Assembly: GCA_036556765.1 (NCBI GenBank)
Contig: DATBIU010000008.1
Span: 1-58,590 of the forward strand
Length of the DNA: 58,590 nt
Origin: Gemmatimonadaceae bacterium
GTDB taxonomy: Bacteria; Gemmatimonadota; Gemmatimonadetes; Gemmatimonadales; Gemmatimonadaceae
Direction: 5' to 3'
Part shown: positions 8,499-17,382 of the stretch, piece by piece
Numbering within the stretch: position 1 is the stretch's first letter
Layout of the letters: the number at the start of each line of letters is the position of its first letter
Made by a program: the position numbers and the translations under genes
Notes under the pieces: generated by a model
The model's input: only the letters and a program-made list of their open reading frames with translations
What the model was told of the DNA's origin: nothing
Database searches by the model: none

Positions 8499-9025
8499 TG
8501 TCTTCCCCCCGTAAGCCGCAGCTCCAGGACCCTCGTCGCAGGCAAAGGATCGATCGTTCTGTAGCACTGCAGCCGGTCGATGACCACCGGCTCATCGACA
8601 CGCACCGCGAGCAGCTCTCGGCGCTGGGTCGCATCGAGCGTGACGTAGAAGCTGAGCGTCGCGTGCGGGGTGAATGGAAATCGCGCCGGCTGGAACGGCA
8701 GGCCTGAGGTCGCAATGCGCTCGTGTAGCGTGCGCAGCGGACCGTGTGGATCGAGCGGCAGCACGATGATGTCGGTCTGCATGAACCGCATGGGCGCCCC
8801 GAGTCGCACGGTGATTGGCGCCGTGGTCGCGGCGATCGGAGCCAGCGCCTCCTCCATCTGCTCCACGGGTACGTTGAGCGGGATGGGACCCACACCAGAG
8901 GAGCCCGTAATCGTGACGTGCGGGACCGATGTGTTCGCGAGTCGCCGATCGATCTTCACCTGGGCCGCCCGCACGATTTCTCGCGCTGTCCCGCTGAGCT
9001 CGGAGATGAGGAAGAAGCCGTCCAC
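8495..9025 (-). CDS. 2H phosphoesterase superfamily protein (LigT / 2'-5' RNA ligase-like)
   Basis: Has the two HxT motifs, HVTI and HATL, at the expected spacing. GTG start at 9025. Confidence 0.75.
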   Translation of the reverse strand: MDGFFLISELSGTAREIVRAAQVKIDRRLANTSVPHVTITGSSGVGPIPLNVPVEQMEEALAPIAATTAPITVRLGAPMRFMQTDIIVLPLDPHGPLRTLHERIATSGLPFQPARFPFTPHATLSFYVTLDATQRRELLAVRVDEPVVIDRLQCYRTIDPLPATRVLELRLTGGRQ

Positions 9026-9046
9026 GGAAGGAAGTATGGAACGGCC

Positions 9047-9152
9047 GGGGTCGAGGGGTCGAGGGGTCGGGGGATCGCGGGCCGCTCGAGCGGAACGGAC
9101 TCTGCGAATCCCTTGATCCCTTGATCCCTTGATCCCTCGATCCCCTGACCCC
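9047..9152. repeat. Class-3 tandem-repeat hairpin, 8-nt units, in a divergent intergenic region
   Basis: Left arm is ggggtcgaggggtcgaggggtcgggggatcgcggg. Right arm is gaatcccttgatcccttgatcccttgatccctcgatcccctgacc. Confidence 0.85.
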
Positions 9153-10133
9153 TTGGCTTCCTACGACCTCACCTCCTGCCCCGTCTGCGCCTCCACCGAC
9201 GCCGACGAAATCGCGACCGCGGACGACGCGCGCGCGGAAGTGGAGGCGTTGTGGGAATTCCACCAGCGGCGGCTCCGGCCCGGCACCCCACCGCGTGCCC
9301 TCGCCGACCGCGTCACCTTCTCGCAGGACCCACCCCTGCGCCTGGCGCAGTGCCGGCAATGCTCCCTCGTCTATCGCAATCCACGCGAGCGTGCGACCGA
9401 GCTCGTCGAGACGTACGCCGGCGAGATGCCCGACGACGCCACGCTTCGCACCCTGCACGAGAATCAACGCCGCGCCTATCGCGCACAGGTCCGGCGGCTC
9501 GAGCGCGCGCACGGCCGCCGAGGATCGGGCCTCGAGGTGGGGAGCTATGTCGGCGCATTCCTCGCCGCCGCGCGGGACGCCGGCTGGGAGTTCGAAGGGC
9601 TCGACGTCAACGAGCGCGCTGCCGCCTTCGCGTGCCGTATGGGCTTTCGTGTCACTGTTGGCGAGCTCGACGCCATGAAGGGCCGTCGCTTCGAGGTCGT
9701 CGCCATCTGGAATACCTTCGAGCAGCTGCCCGATCCGCGCGCCGCGGCGGTAGGTGCGCGAAGCCTGCTGCAGCAGGGCGGAACGCTGGCCATCCGCGTC
9801 CCGAACGGTCAGGCGTACGCCACCCTTCGCCGCACGCGTCGCCCTCTGCTCGCGCAGCTCGCGCGGGGTGTAATGGCGCACGACAATCTGCTCGCGTTTC
9901 CCTACCGCCACGGGTTTACGACCGGGTCGCTCACCCGTCTTCTTAGTGATGCCGGCTTCGGGGATCTTCGGTTCTTTGGCGACGCTCTAGTGCCGATTGG
10001 CGACCGCTGGACGCGCCGCTGGGCGCGGCTGGAAGAGCAGGTGGTCAAGGCGCTGTTGCGGGGCGCCGCGAGAAGCAGCAGGTTAGGACGGCGATACTCG
10101 CCCTGGCTCGAAGCTTACGCGCGTGCACGATGA
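9129..10133 (+). CDS. Class I SAM-dependent methyltransferase with an N-terminal Cys4 zinc ribbon
   Basis: CPVC...CRQC zinc ribbon followed by GLEVGSYVGAFLAAARDAGWEFEGLDVN and FEVVAIWNTFEQLPDP. The listed TTG start lies inside the repeat, and a TTG at 9153 is an alternative. Confidence 0.75.
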   Translation: MIPRSPDPLASYDLTSCPVCASTDADEIATADDARAEVEALWEFHQRRLRPGTPPRALADRVTFSQDPPLRLAQCRQCSLVYRNPRERATELVETYAGEMPDDATLRTLHENQRRAYRAQVRRLERAHGRRGSGLEVGSYVGAFLAAARDAGWEFEGLDVNERAAAFACRMGFRVTVGELDAMKGRRFEVVAIWNTFEQLPDPRAAAVGARSLLQQGGTLAIRVPNGQAYATLRRTRRPLLAQLARGVMAHDNLLAFPYRHGFTTGSLTRLLSDAGFGDLRFFGDALVPIGDRWTRRWARLEEQVVKALLRGAARSSRLGRRYSPWLEAYARAR

Positions 10134-12432
10134 TGTGCATTCCGCACGGGATCGCTCTCGGCCCCACCTCTCTCTCGACGAGCCGAACATGCCGGACGTG
10201 ACCGGAGAACGGACGCTCGGCTCGATTCTCGAGACGCTGGTGCCGGTGATGGCTCAGGCGGGGAGCGCTGGCGATGCGGCGGTGCTCCTCCTCGAGCACC
10301 TGGTCACGCGACGAAGCTGCACCGCGGCGTGGATGGGGCGCCTGACGGAGCGGGGTGACGTCGTTGGCCTCGCCGAGGTCGACGTGGGCATCAATGCCCG
10401 CGATGTACACATCGGCGCCGCGCAGTCGATGCATCCGCTCGTGCGCACCGCCATTCGCCCCGCGGATGCACCCCACATCGCCCCGGTGCGCGAGCTCGGC
10501 ATGGAGCAGGCGGCCCTCGTCCCGATGCCGATCCTCGAGCCACCCGGGTTCGCCGTCGAGAGCTCTCAGCACGTGTGGGCGTGGGGGGTCATGGCACTGG
10601 CGGTATCCCGGCGACCCACCGTGGAGGAGATGGATCTCTGGGCACGGCTGGCGCGCTCTCTCGGCGGCCTCATTGCCCGGCTCGAGCGGGACGCGGCCCG
10701 CGTCGCCGCCGCGGCGGCCGCGGCACGCGACCGCGCTCTCTTGTCCGATGTCTTCGAGCACCTGCCCGACGCGATCGTGATCACCGACGCGGAGAACCGC
10801 GTCGCGATCGAGAACGAACGGGCTCGAGCGCTACTGCGAACACCCGACGAAGGCGCGAGCGAAGGGCTGCGTCGCGCCACCGAGCTCAACACGCTGCTGA
10901 TGTCGTCGTTCCTCTCTCGTGCCGTGCTTCAGGGCGCGGGAACGGGAGAGTCCCGCGACGTCACGCTCGTCAATCCGGTCGATGGAAGCGACCTCACCTT
11001 CGAGGTGCTGTCGGTGCGCCTCACCGGCCGCCGCGAGCGCGAGCCGCTCACCGTCTCGCTGCTCCGCAACGTCACCGATCTCAAGCGGGTGACGGAGGCG
11101 CTCACGGCGCAATTCTCCCGCGCGCGCGACGCCGAGCGCGAGGCGCGGAGCGAACGCGATCGCCTCGAGATCATTCTCGAGAACGTCGCCGATCCGGTCG
11201 TCGTCACCGACATGGCGGCGCGCGTCCTCCTGATGAACCGCGCGGCCGAGCGCCTCTTCCAGACGCCGGAGGCGCCGGGGCCGCTGGTGGCGGAGCGGAG
11301 CGCGGCGTCGTTCTCGGTGCGCGCGAACGACACGATCTTCACCTCGTACATCTCCGATTTCGCGCTCGATCCTGACGCAACCCGCCGCACCACGTTCCGG
11401 CTGATCGACCCGACGCGAAAGACCGACTTTCCCGTCGAGGCGATCGCCGGGAAGGTGCTGAACGAGCGCGGCGAGCCGATCGCGATCGTGACGGTCGTGC
11501 ACGACCTCAGCGTCGCCGAGGAAAAGGAGAAGCTCGCGTCGCAGTTGATGGTGCTGAATCGCGATCTCGAGGCTCGCGTCGCGGAAGCAACGTCGGAGCT
11601 GGAGGAGCGCAACCGGCGCCTGGAGCTGCAGCGCGACGAGCTGCGACGTGCATCGCAGCTCAAGTCCGAGTTTCTCGCCTCGATGTCACACGAGCTGCGA
11701 ACGCCGCTCAACGCGATCATCGGGCACACGCAGAACATCCTCGAGGGATTGTACGGCCAGCTCGAGCCGCAGCTCCACATCATCTCCAGGCGCATCGAGC
11801 AGAACTCGAAGCAGCTCCTGATGCTCATCAACGACATCCTCGACCTGGCCAAGATCGAAGCCGGGGAGATGCCGGTGAGCATCCAGGAGGTGGACCTCGT
11901 ACCGCTCGTCGAGGACGTGCTGCGAACGCTGGAGCCGATGGCGCAGCGCCGCTCGCTCTCCCTCGTGCTGGAGCCCAGCTCGTCGCGCGCACGCATTCGC
12001 AGCGACGAGATGAAGCTCCGCCAGATCCTGACGAACATCGGCTCGAATGCGGTGAAGTTCACCATCAAGGGTGGTGTGCGGGTTCGAGTCGAGGACATCC
12101 CGGCTGGCGTCGCCATCACCGTCGAGGACACGGGCGTCGGGATTCCGCGCGACCTGATCGAGACCGCATTCCAGGATTTCCGGCAGCTCGACCAGAGCTA
12201 CACGCGTCAGGAAGGAGGCACCGGCCTTGGGCTGTCGATCACGCGCCGGCTGGTCGGCTTGTTGAGCGGTCGGCTCTTCGTGCGCAGCATTCCGGGCGTT
12301 GGGTCCCACTTCCGCGTCGAGCTTCCGATCTTCCCTGGCCAGGTGCCTCGCCTCGAGGGTGATGTGCTCACGATCGAGGAGGGGCCGGTCAGCAGCGAAC
12401 CACCGGCCAGCTCCTCGGCGAAGGGCGCATGA
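10123..12432 (+). CDS. Sensor histidine kinase with PAS domains
   Basis: H-box SEFLASMSHELRTPLNAIIGH and an HATPase_c domain (N box SNAVKF, G boxes DTGVGI and GTGLGL). It overlaps the methyltransferase stop by 11 nt. Confidence 0.9.
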   Translation: MHDDVHSARDRSRPHLSLDEPNMPDVTGERTLGSILETLVPVMAQAGSAGDAAVLLLEHLVTRRSCTAAWMGRLTERGDVVGLAEVDVGINARDVHIGAAQSMHPLVRTAIRPADAPHIAPVRELGMEQAALVPMPILEPPGFAVESSQHVWAWGVMALAVSRRPTVEEMDLWARLARSLGGLIARLERDAARVAAAAAAARDRALLSDVFEHLPDAIVITDAENRVAIENERARALLRTPDEGASEGLRRATELNTLLMSSFLSRAVLQGAGTGESRDVTLVNPVDGSDLTFEVLSVRLTGRREREPLTVSLLRNVTDLKRVTEALTAQFSRARDAEREARSERDRLEIILENVADPVVVTDMAARVLLMNRAAERLFQTPEAPGPLVAERSAASFSVRANDTIFTSYISDFALDPDATRRTTFRLIDPTRKTDFPVEAIAGKVLNERGEPIAIVTVVHDLSVAEEKEKLASQLMVLNRDLEARVAEATSELEERNRRLELQRDELRRASQLKSEFLASMSHELRTPLNAIIGHTQNILEGLYGQLEPQLHIISRRIEQNSKQLLMLINDILDLAKIEAGEMPVSIQEVDLVPLVEDVLRTLEPMAQRRSLSLVLEPSSSRARIRSDEMKLRQILTNIGSNAVKFTIKGGVRVRVEDIPAGVAITVEDTGVGIPRDLIETAFQDFRQLDQSYTRQEGGTGLGLSITRRLVGLLSGRLFVRSIPGVGSHFRVELPIFPGQVPRLEGDVLTIEEGPVSSEPPASSSAKGA

Positions 12433-13319
12433 GGCGTATTCTCCTGCTCGGAGCGGCCGGCGTTGCGATTCTGGCGCCGGTGACGGAGGCGCTGGCGCAG
12501 GGCCAGCCACCCAAGCCGCCACCTCCTCCGGAGCAGGAATTCAGGCGTCCGCTCTCCGGCGGCGACCGGCTGGCGCACCTCGGCGTCAACGGTGCGCTCG
12601 GCGGGTTCAGCGCCGCGATGTACGCCCTGGCGCGGGGAAAGAACCCCTGGCGCGCGGCGTTGGTCGGCTTTGGCGGCGGTGTCGCGATGGGCGCGGGCAA
12701 GCAGGTCGCCGCGAGGCGCTTCGACGGATCGGGACTCATCGGCCGCCAGCTCGCGGCGTTAGGCACGTCGGTCGTCCGCTCGGCGTCCGAGGACACGCTG
12801 GTGATGATGGTTCCAGTGGGACCGATGACGCTCGAGGTGCGGCCGAGCGCGGTCGATCGTGTGCGCCCGCGGGTGAACCTGGTGAGCGCGGGAACGGTGC
12901 TCTACTACATCGTCCGCGCCGACACGCGCATCGACTGGGACGCGACCCTCTCCGCCGGCGCTCCGGTGTTCCGATTCCCCACCGAGACGGTGGCCACCCG
13001 CGATGGCGTCATCTTCGGTCGGATGGACTTTGGCACCATTCTGCTCGGCGCCGCGCCCCCCGTGCTCGACCCGCAGCGCCGCATGACCCTTCCGCACGAG
13101 GCCACCCACGTCGTTCAGTACGATTTTCTGGAGCAGGCGCTTTCACTCCCGCCCGAGCGCGCGATCCTGCGGAAGCTGGGCGTGAGCGAGGGATGGCTGC
13201 GCCACGTGGATGTCGGCGCGATCTCGGTGATGCTGGCCGGCGTGCTCCAGATGCACATGGACTACGAGGATCGCCCCTGGGAGCGCGAGGCCGTGCTTCT
13301 CACGGAGGGACGGCGCTAG
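12429..13319 (+). CDS. Secreted protein with an HExxH motif (DUF4157-like putative zinc metallopeptidase)
   Basis: ATGA overlap with the kinase gene. Signal peptide MRRILLLGAAGVAILAPVTEALAQG, and the motif LPHEATHVVQYDF. Confidence 0.6.
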   Translation: MRRILLLGAAGVAILAPVTEALAQGQPPKPPPPPEQEFRRPLSGGDRLAHLGVNGALGGFSAAMYALARGKNPWRAALVGFGGGVAMGAGKQVAARRFDGSGLIGRQLAALGTSVVRSASEDTLVMMVPVGPMTLEVRPSAVDRVRPRVNLVSAGTVLYYIVRADTRIDWDATLSAGAPVFRFPTETVATRDGVIFGRMDFGTILLGAAPPVLDPQRRMTLPHEATHVVQYDFLEQALSLPPERAILRKLGVSEGWLRHVDVGAISVMLAGVLQMHMDYEDRPWEREAVLLTEGRR

Positions 13320-13320
13320 A

Positions 13321-13460
13321 GGGCCAAGTGCCAGGGGCCAGGGGCCAAGGGGGCTGAGGAATGCGGCGCGGCTTTGCCGCTGCCGCTCATCAGATGAGCG
13401 AGCGGCCTTCGGCCGCTCGCCTTTCCATCCCCCTGGCCCTTGGCCCTTGGCCCAGGGCCC
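13321..13460. repeat. Class-1 tandem-repeat hairpin (GGGGCCA-like 7-mers) with a long structured loop
   Basis: The arm gggccaagtgccaggggccaggggccaaggggg (13321-13353) faces cccccctggcccttggcccttggcccagggccc (13429-13460). Confidence 0.85.
13398..13420. terminator. Perfect GC hairpin nested in the loop of the class-1 element
   Basis: gcgagcggcc-ttc-ggccgctcgc gives a 9-10 bp stem. Confidence 0.5.
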
Positions 13461-13468
13461 GGCGCGCG

Positions 13469-13510
13469 GCCATTGATCGCGCGGCGCTAGCGCCGCCGCG
13501 CGATCAATGG
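13469..13510. terminator. 16-bp perfect palindrome overlapping the 3' end of the PAP2 gene
   Basis: ccattgatcgcgcggc, then a 10-nt loop containing GCTAGC, then gccgcgcgatcaatgg. Confidence 0.5.
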
Positions 13511-14305
13511 GCGCGCGACCCAGCCGGCCTGCCCTTCAGGAACCACTGTCACCCCCAGAAGCCAGCGATCGATCCGATTGTCGGGATGCGTGTGGTGGTA
13601 CTTCACGACCTTCAGTCCGGCGAACGTTCCGATCAGACCGCCGATCATCACATCGCTCGCCCAGTGCTTGTTGTCGTACATGCGTGACAACGCAATGAGG
13701 CCCGCGCCCCCGTACATCGCCGGTCCGATGAACCACACCGACTTCGGCCACCAGCGCCGCGTCTCGTTGGTGACAGCCGCCGCGGCCGCGAAGCCGATCA
13801 GCGCATGGCCCGAGGGGAACGAGCGGTACTGCTCCCGCTTCCACCCTCGCATGAATGCGAAGTTGTGGGGTTTGTCGATGTCGACGTAGGGACGTTGTCG
13901 GCCGGCCGCGACCTTGAAGATGTTCGTCACCAGCATTCCCACGACGATCGCCTCCGTCCCATGCAGGCCGAGGTCGGCCATCCGCTCGTTGCCGGCGAGC
14001 TTCCCCACTCCGTACAGCGCGCCGCCGATGACGAAGGCCCCCGGTTCGGCGATGGCCTCGACTACGATCGCCACGCGCCGGAAGAACCGGTTGGTCTGCG
14101 GCGCTCCCTGGAGGTAATCCGCGAGGCGCTTGTCGAGCGGCGCGACGGCCAGGGTCGCGAAGAGCACACCCCCCGCGAACAGCGCGTCCTCGGCCGTGAA
14201 GAGCGGATCGCGTGACGCCTCCAGGCTGTCCTGGAAGACCTGCGCACGAACGCATGGCGGAATCGCGAGCGAAAGACCGAGGACGAGGGTCGTGAAGAGG
14301 CGCAT
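13487..14305 (-). CDS. PAP2-family phosphatase (membrane)
   Basis: Carries the motifs KVAAGRQRP, PSGH and SRMYDNKHWASD. The start is set at MRLFTTLVLGL (ATG at 14303-14305). Confidence 0.85.
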   Translation of the reverse strand: MRLFTTLVLGLSLAIPPCVRAQVFQDSLEASRDPLFTAEDALFAGGVLFATLAVAPLDKRLADYLQGAPQTNRFFRRVAIVVEAIAEPGAFVIGGALYGVGKLAGNERMADLGLHGTEAIVVGMLVTNIFKVAAGRQRPYVDIDKPHNFAFMRGWKREQYRSFPSGHALIGFAAAAAVTNETRRWWPKSVWFIGPAMYGGAGLIALSRMYDNKHWASDVMIGGLIGTFAGLKVVKYHHTHPDNRIDRWLLGVTVVPEGQAGWVARPLIARRR

Positions 14306-14321
14306 GGGAGAAGCCGATAGC

Positions 14322-14375
14322 GTTTGCGGATTGCGGATGGCGGGCAACGTGCTGCGTCATCGCAATCCGCATTCC
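14322..14375. repeat. Class-2 tandem-repeat hairpin (GATTGCG type) in a divergent intergenic region
   Basis: gtttgcggattgcggatggcgg faces catcgcaatccgcattcc. Confidence 0.75.
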
Positions 14376-14414
14376 CCGTTGCGCCCCCGGCGCTGCTCGG
14401 CGAACCTACCACGC

Positions 14415-15875
14415 ATGCCACGATCCCCCCTCGATCTCGATCGCGAGACGATGCGCCGCCTCGGGCACCTCGTGGCGGACACGGTGGCGCAGCACCTGTC
14501 GACGCTGCGCGACCAACCCGCGTACGCCACGCTCAACAGGCCGCAGGCGATGCGCCTCATCGATCGTCGAGCGCCGGCGCAGGGAACGGACTTCGAGACG
14601 CTCCTGGCCACGCTGCGCGACGACATCTTCCCGCACGCCGCGCGCGAGCCGCACCCCGGGTTCATCGCCTATGTCCCGAGCTGTCCCACCTTCCCCGCCG
14701 TGCTCGGCGACTGGCTGGCGACCGGGTTCAATTTCTTCGCCGGGGTGTGGCCGGTCGCCGCCGGCCCCAACGAGATCGAGCTCGTCGTGCTCGACTGGTT
14801 TCGACAGTGGCTGGCCATGCCGGAGAGCACGGGCGGGCTGCTCACCTCGGGTGGGTCGGGCGCCAACCTCACCGCGATGATCGCGGCACGTCATGGCGCG
14901 ACGGGGGGCGACGCATCCGTCATCGCGAAGCTCACCGTCTATGCGTCGGACCAGGTCCATTCATCGGTGACGCGCGCCGCGTGGCTCGCCGGCGTTCCGC
15001 GGGAGCACGTGCGCTCGCTCCCGAGCGATGATGAGTTTCGCCTGCGCGTCGACACCCTGCGGGACGCCATCGCGCGGGACCGCGCGCTCGGCCTCACGCC
15101 GCTCATGGTCGTCGCGAGCGCCGGTACGACGAACACGGGCAGCGTCGATCCGATGGCCGAGATCGCCGAGTTGTGCGCGGCCGAGAACGTGTGGATGCAC
15201 GTCGATGCGGCGTACGGGGGCTTCGCCGTGCTCACCGAGAGCGGACGACGCGCTCTGGCCGGCGTCGAGCGCGCGGACTCCGTCACGCTCGATCCGCACA
15301 AGTGGCTGTTCGTCCCATTCGAGTGCGGATGCCTGCTCGTGCGCGATCCCCACCGGCTCAAGGCCGCCTTTCAGATCTTCCCCGAATACCTGGCCGACGT
15401 GCAGAGCGGACACGAGGCCATCAATTTCGCCGACTACGGGGAGCAGCTCACGCGCTACTCGCGCGCCATCAAGGTGTGGATGTCGGTGCGCTATTTCGGA
15501 ACGGACGCCATCCGCGACGCGATCGATCGCGGCATGGTGCTGGCGCGCCGGCTGGAGCAGCGCGTCCGCGAAACGCCGGGGTTGGAGATCGTCTCACCGG
15601 CCCGGTTCGGGATCGTGTGCTTCCGTGCCCGACCGGCGCACGCCGACCCGAGCGATCTCGACGCTCTGAACGAGCGCGTGCTGGCACGCGTCGTCGGAGA
15701 GGGGCGCTACTTCATCTCCTCGACGCGCTTGCGGGGAGCGTTCTCCCTGCGCGCGTGCATCCTCGGGTTCAGGACGGCCGAAGAGGACATCGATGGCCTG
15801 GCACGGGCGGTGGCGGACGCGGCGCGCGATCTCTCCGCCGCCGGCCCCGCACACGCCACCCGCGACGCGACCTAA
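14415..15875 (+). CDS. Pyridoxal-phosphate-dependent (group II, aromatic-amino-acid type) decarboxylase
   Basis: Contains HPGFIAYVPS, TSGGSGANL and DPHKWLFVPFECGCLLVRD (the PLP lysine). Start at MPRSPLDLD. Confidence 0.85.
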   Translation: MPRSPLDLDRETMRRLGHLVADTVAQHLSTLRDQPAYATLNRPQAMRLIDRRAPAQGTDFETLLATLRDDIFPHAAREPHPGFIAYVPSCPTFPAVLGDWLATGFNFFAGVWPVAAGPNEIELVVLDWFRQWLAMPESTGGLLTSGGSGANLTAMIAARHGATGGDASVIAKLTVYASDQVHSSVTRAAWLAGVPREHVRSLPSDDEFRLRVDTLRDAIARDRALGLTPLMVVASAGTTNTGSVDPMAEIAELCAAENVWMHVDAAYGGFAVLTESGRRALAGVERADSVTLDPHKWLFVPFECGCLLVRDPHRLKAAFQIFPEYLADVQSGHEAINFADYGEQLTRYSRAIKVWMSVRYFGTDAIRDAIDRGMVLARRLEQRVRETPGLEIVSPARFGIVCFRARPAHADPSDLDALNERVLARVVGEGRYFISSTRLRGAFSLRACILGFRTAEEDIDGLARAVADAARDLSAAGPAHATRDAT

Positions 15876-16348
15876 CGAGCGCCGATGTCGCGCCCGGCGT
15901 TGGAGTCGCTCAGCGCCGGGAAGCCGCCCGACGCCCGCGTCCACGTCCGGATGGTGTCCTCGAGCTCGTCGAAGTCGAACGGCTTCACGAACACGGGACG
16001 GCCGAGCGCGCGCACGTGACGACTGAGGTCGGCGTTGGCGGCGATGTCGCCGGTGACGAAGATCGTGTTGCGCGCGACGCGCGGGTGCTGGTCCTGGAGC
16101 CACGCGAGCAGCTCGAACCCGCTGCCGTCGTCCAGCCACACATCGATGATCGCTCCATCGAATGCCTGTCGCCCGCACGCGGTTCGCGCGTCGGCGAGTC
16201 CGCCGGCCGTGTGCACCTCGATCCCGTGGAGCTGCAGCGCATGTTGCACCACGCGCCGCATCGATGGCTCGTCATCGACGAACAGTACGACAGGCATCTT
16301 CGACATCCGTGAAGCGAGGCGGTCGAAGATAGCGACGTCGGTCGGCAT
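15872..16348 (-). CDS. Single-domain response regulator (receiver only)
   Basis: Contains VLFVDDEPSMRRVV...IIDVWLDDGSGFELL...FVKPFD. The start is ambiguous (16348, 16306 or 16297). Its stop overlaps the decarboxylase stop. Confidence 0.8.
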   Translation of the reverse strand: MPTDVAIFDRLASRMSKMPVVLFVDDEPSMRRVVQHALQLHGIEVHTAGGLADARTACGRQAFDGAIIDVWLDDGSGFELLAWLQDQHPRVARNTIFVTGDIAANADLSRHVRALGRPVFVKPFDFDELEDTIRTWTRASGGFPALSDSNAGRDIGAR

Positions 16349-16437
16349 GTCAAACCCGTCGTGACCAGCGTGACACGCATCACGCAGTCGCTGTGCGGCC
16401 TCTTGCCTCGTTTCACAAAACTCGCTACTTCACGCGC

Positions 16438-17373
16438 ATGCTGAGCATCGATCTCGCGGGACGTCGCGCGCTCGTGGCCGGCGTCGCCGACGACCGGGGA
16501 TACGGATTCGCGATCGCGAAGGCGTTGGCGGAGGCGGGCGCGTCGATCGTTCTCGCGACGTGGCCGCCCGCGCTCAACATCTTCCTGAATCTGCTGGAAC
16601 GCGGGAAGATCGACGAGGCGCGCGCGCTCTCCGATGGACGACGGCTCGAGTTCGAGAAGATCTATCCCCTCGATGCCGCCTTCACGACACTGAGCGAGGC
16701 GACACCCGACGTCCTCGACAACAAGCGCTACCGCGAGGTGGGCGACTTCTCGATCGAGGGGCTCGCGCAGCGGCTCACCGCGGACTTCGGGGAGCGGCCG
16801 ATCGACATCGTCATCCACTCGCTCGCGAATGGTCCCGAGGTCAAGAAGCCGCTCATGGACACGAGCCGTGGCGGCTACCTCACCGCGATGGGGGTGAGCG
16901 CCTACTCGATGGTCGCGATGGTGGGACGCCTCGCGCCCCTCATGCGCGATGGTGGCGCATTTCTGTCGCTGACCTACATGGCCAGCGAGCGCGTCATTCC
17001 GGGGTACGGTGGCGGCATGAGCTCGGCGAAAGCCGCACTCGAAAGCGATACCCGGGTGCTCGCCTACGAGGCGGGACGCAAGTTCGGCACACGCGTGAAC
17101 TGCATCTCCGCCGGCCCGCTCGCGTCACGCGCCGCCAGCGCCATCGGCATCATCGAGGCGATGGTCGACTACTGCTCGGCCAACTCACCCCTCACGGAAC
17201 CGCTGTCCCCCACCGAGGTCGCGAACACCGCCGCCTTTCTCTGCAGCCCTCTCGCGAGCGGCATCACCGGCACCGTGGTCTACGTGGACAAGGGATATCA
17301 CTCGATGGGCATGGCGGTGGAGCAGGGTCAGGGGCCAGGGGCCAAGGGCCGGCCCTTGGCCCTTGACCCTTGA
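16438..17373 (+). CDS. fabI: Enoyl-[acyl-carrier-protein] reductase (NADH), FabI type
   Basis: Contains ALVAGVADDRGYGFAIAKALAEAGA and YGGGMSSAKAALE (Y-x6-K). The C-terminal tail EQGQGPGAKGRPLALDP is encoded by the class-1 repeat. Confidence 0.85.
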   Translation: MLSIDLAGRRALVAGVADDRGYGFAIAKALAEAGASIVLATWPPALNIFLNLLERGKIDEARALSDGRRLEFEKIYPLDAAFTTLSEATPDVLDNKRYREVGDFSIEGLAQRLTADFGERPIDIVIHSLANGPEVKKPLMDTSRGGYLTAMGVSAYSMVAMVGRLAPLMRDGGAFLSLTYMASERVIPGYGGGMSSAKAALESDTRVLAYEAGRKFGTRVNCISAGPLASRAASAIGIIEAMVDYCSANSPLTEPLSPTEVANTAAFLCSPLASGITGTVVYVDKGYHSMGMAVEQGQGPGAKGRPLALDP

Positions 17374-17378
17374 CCCTG
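17323..17378. repeat. Class-1 tandem-repeat hairpin, near loop-less palindrome
   Basis: cagggtcaggggccaggggccaagggcc is directly followed by ggcccttggcccttgacccttgaccctg. It spans the fabI stop (17373) and abuts the convergent stop at 17383. Confidence 0.9.
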
Positions 17379-17382
17379 CCTC

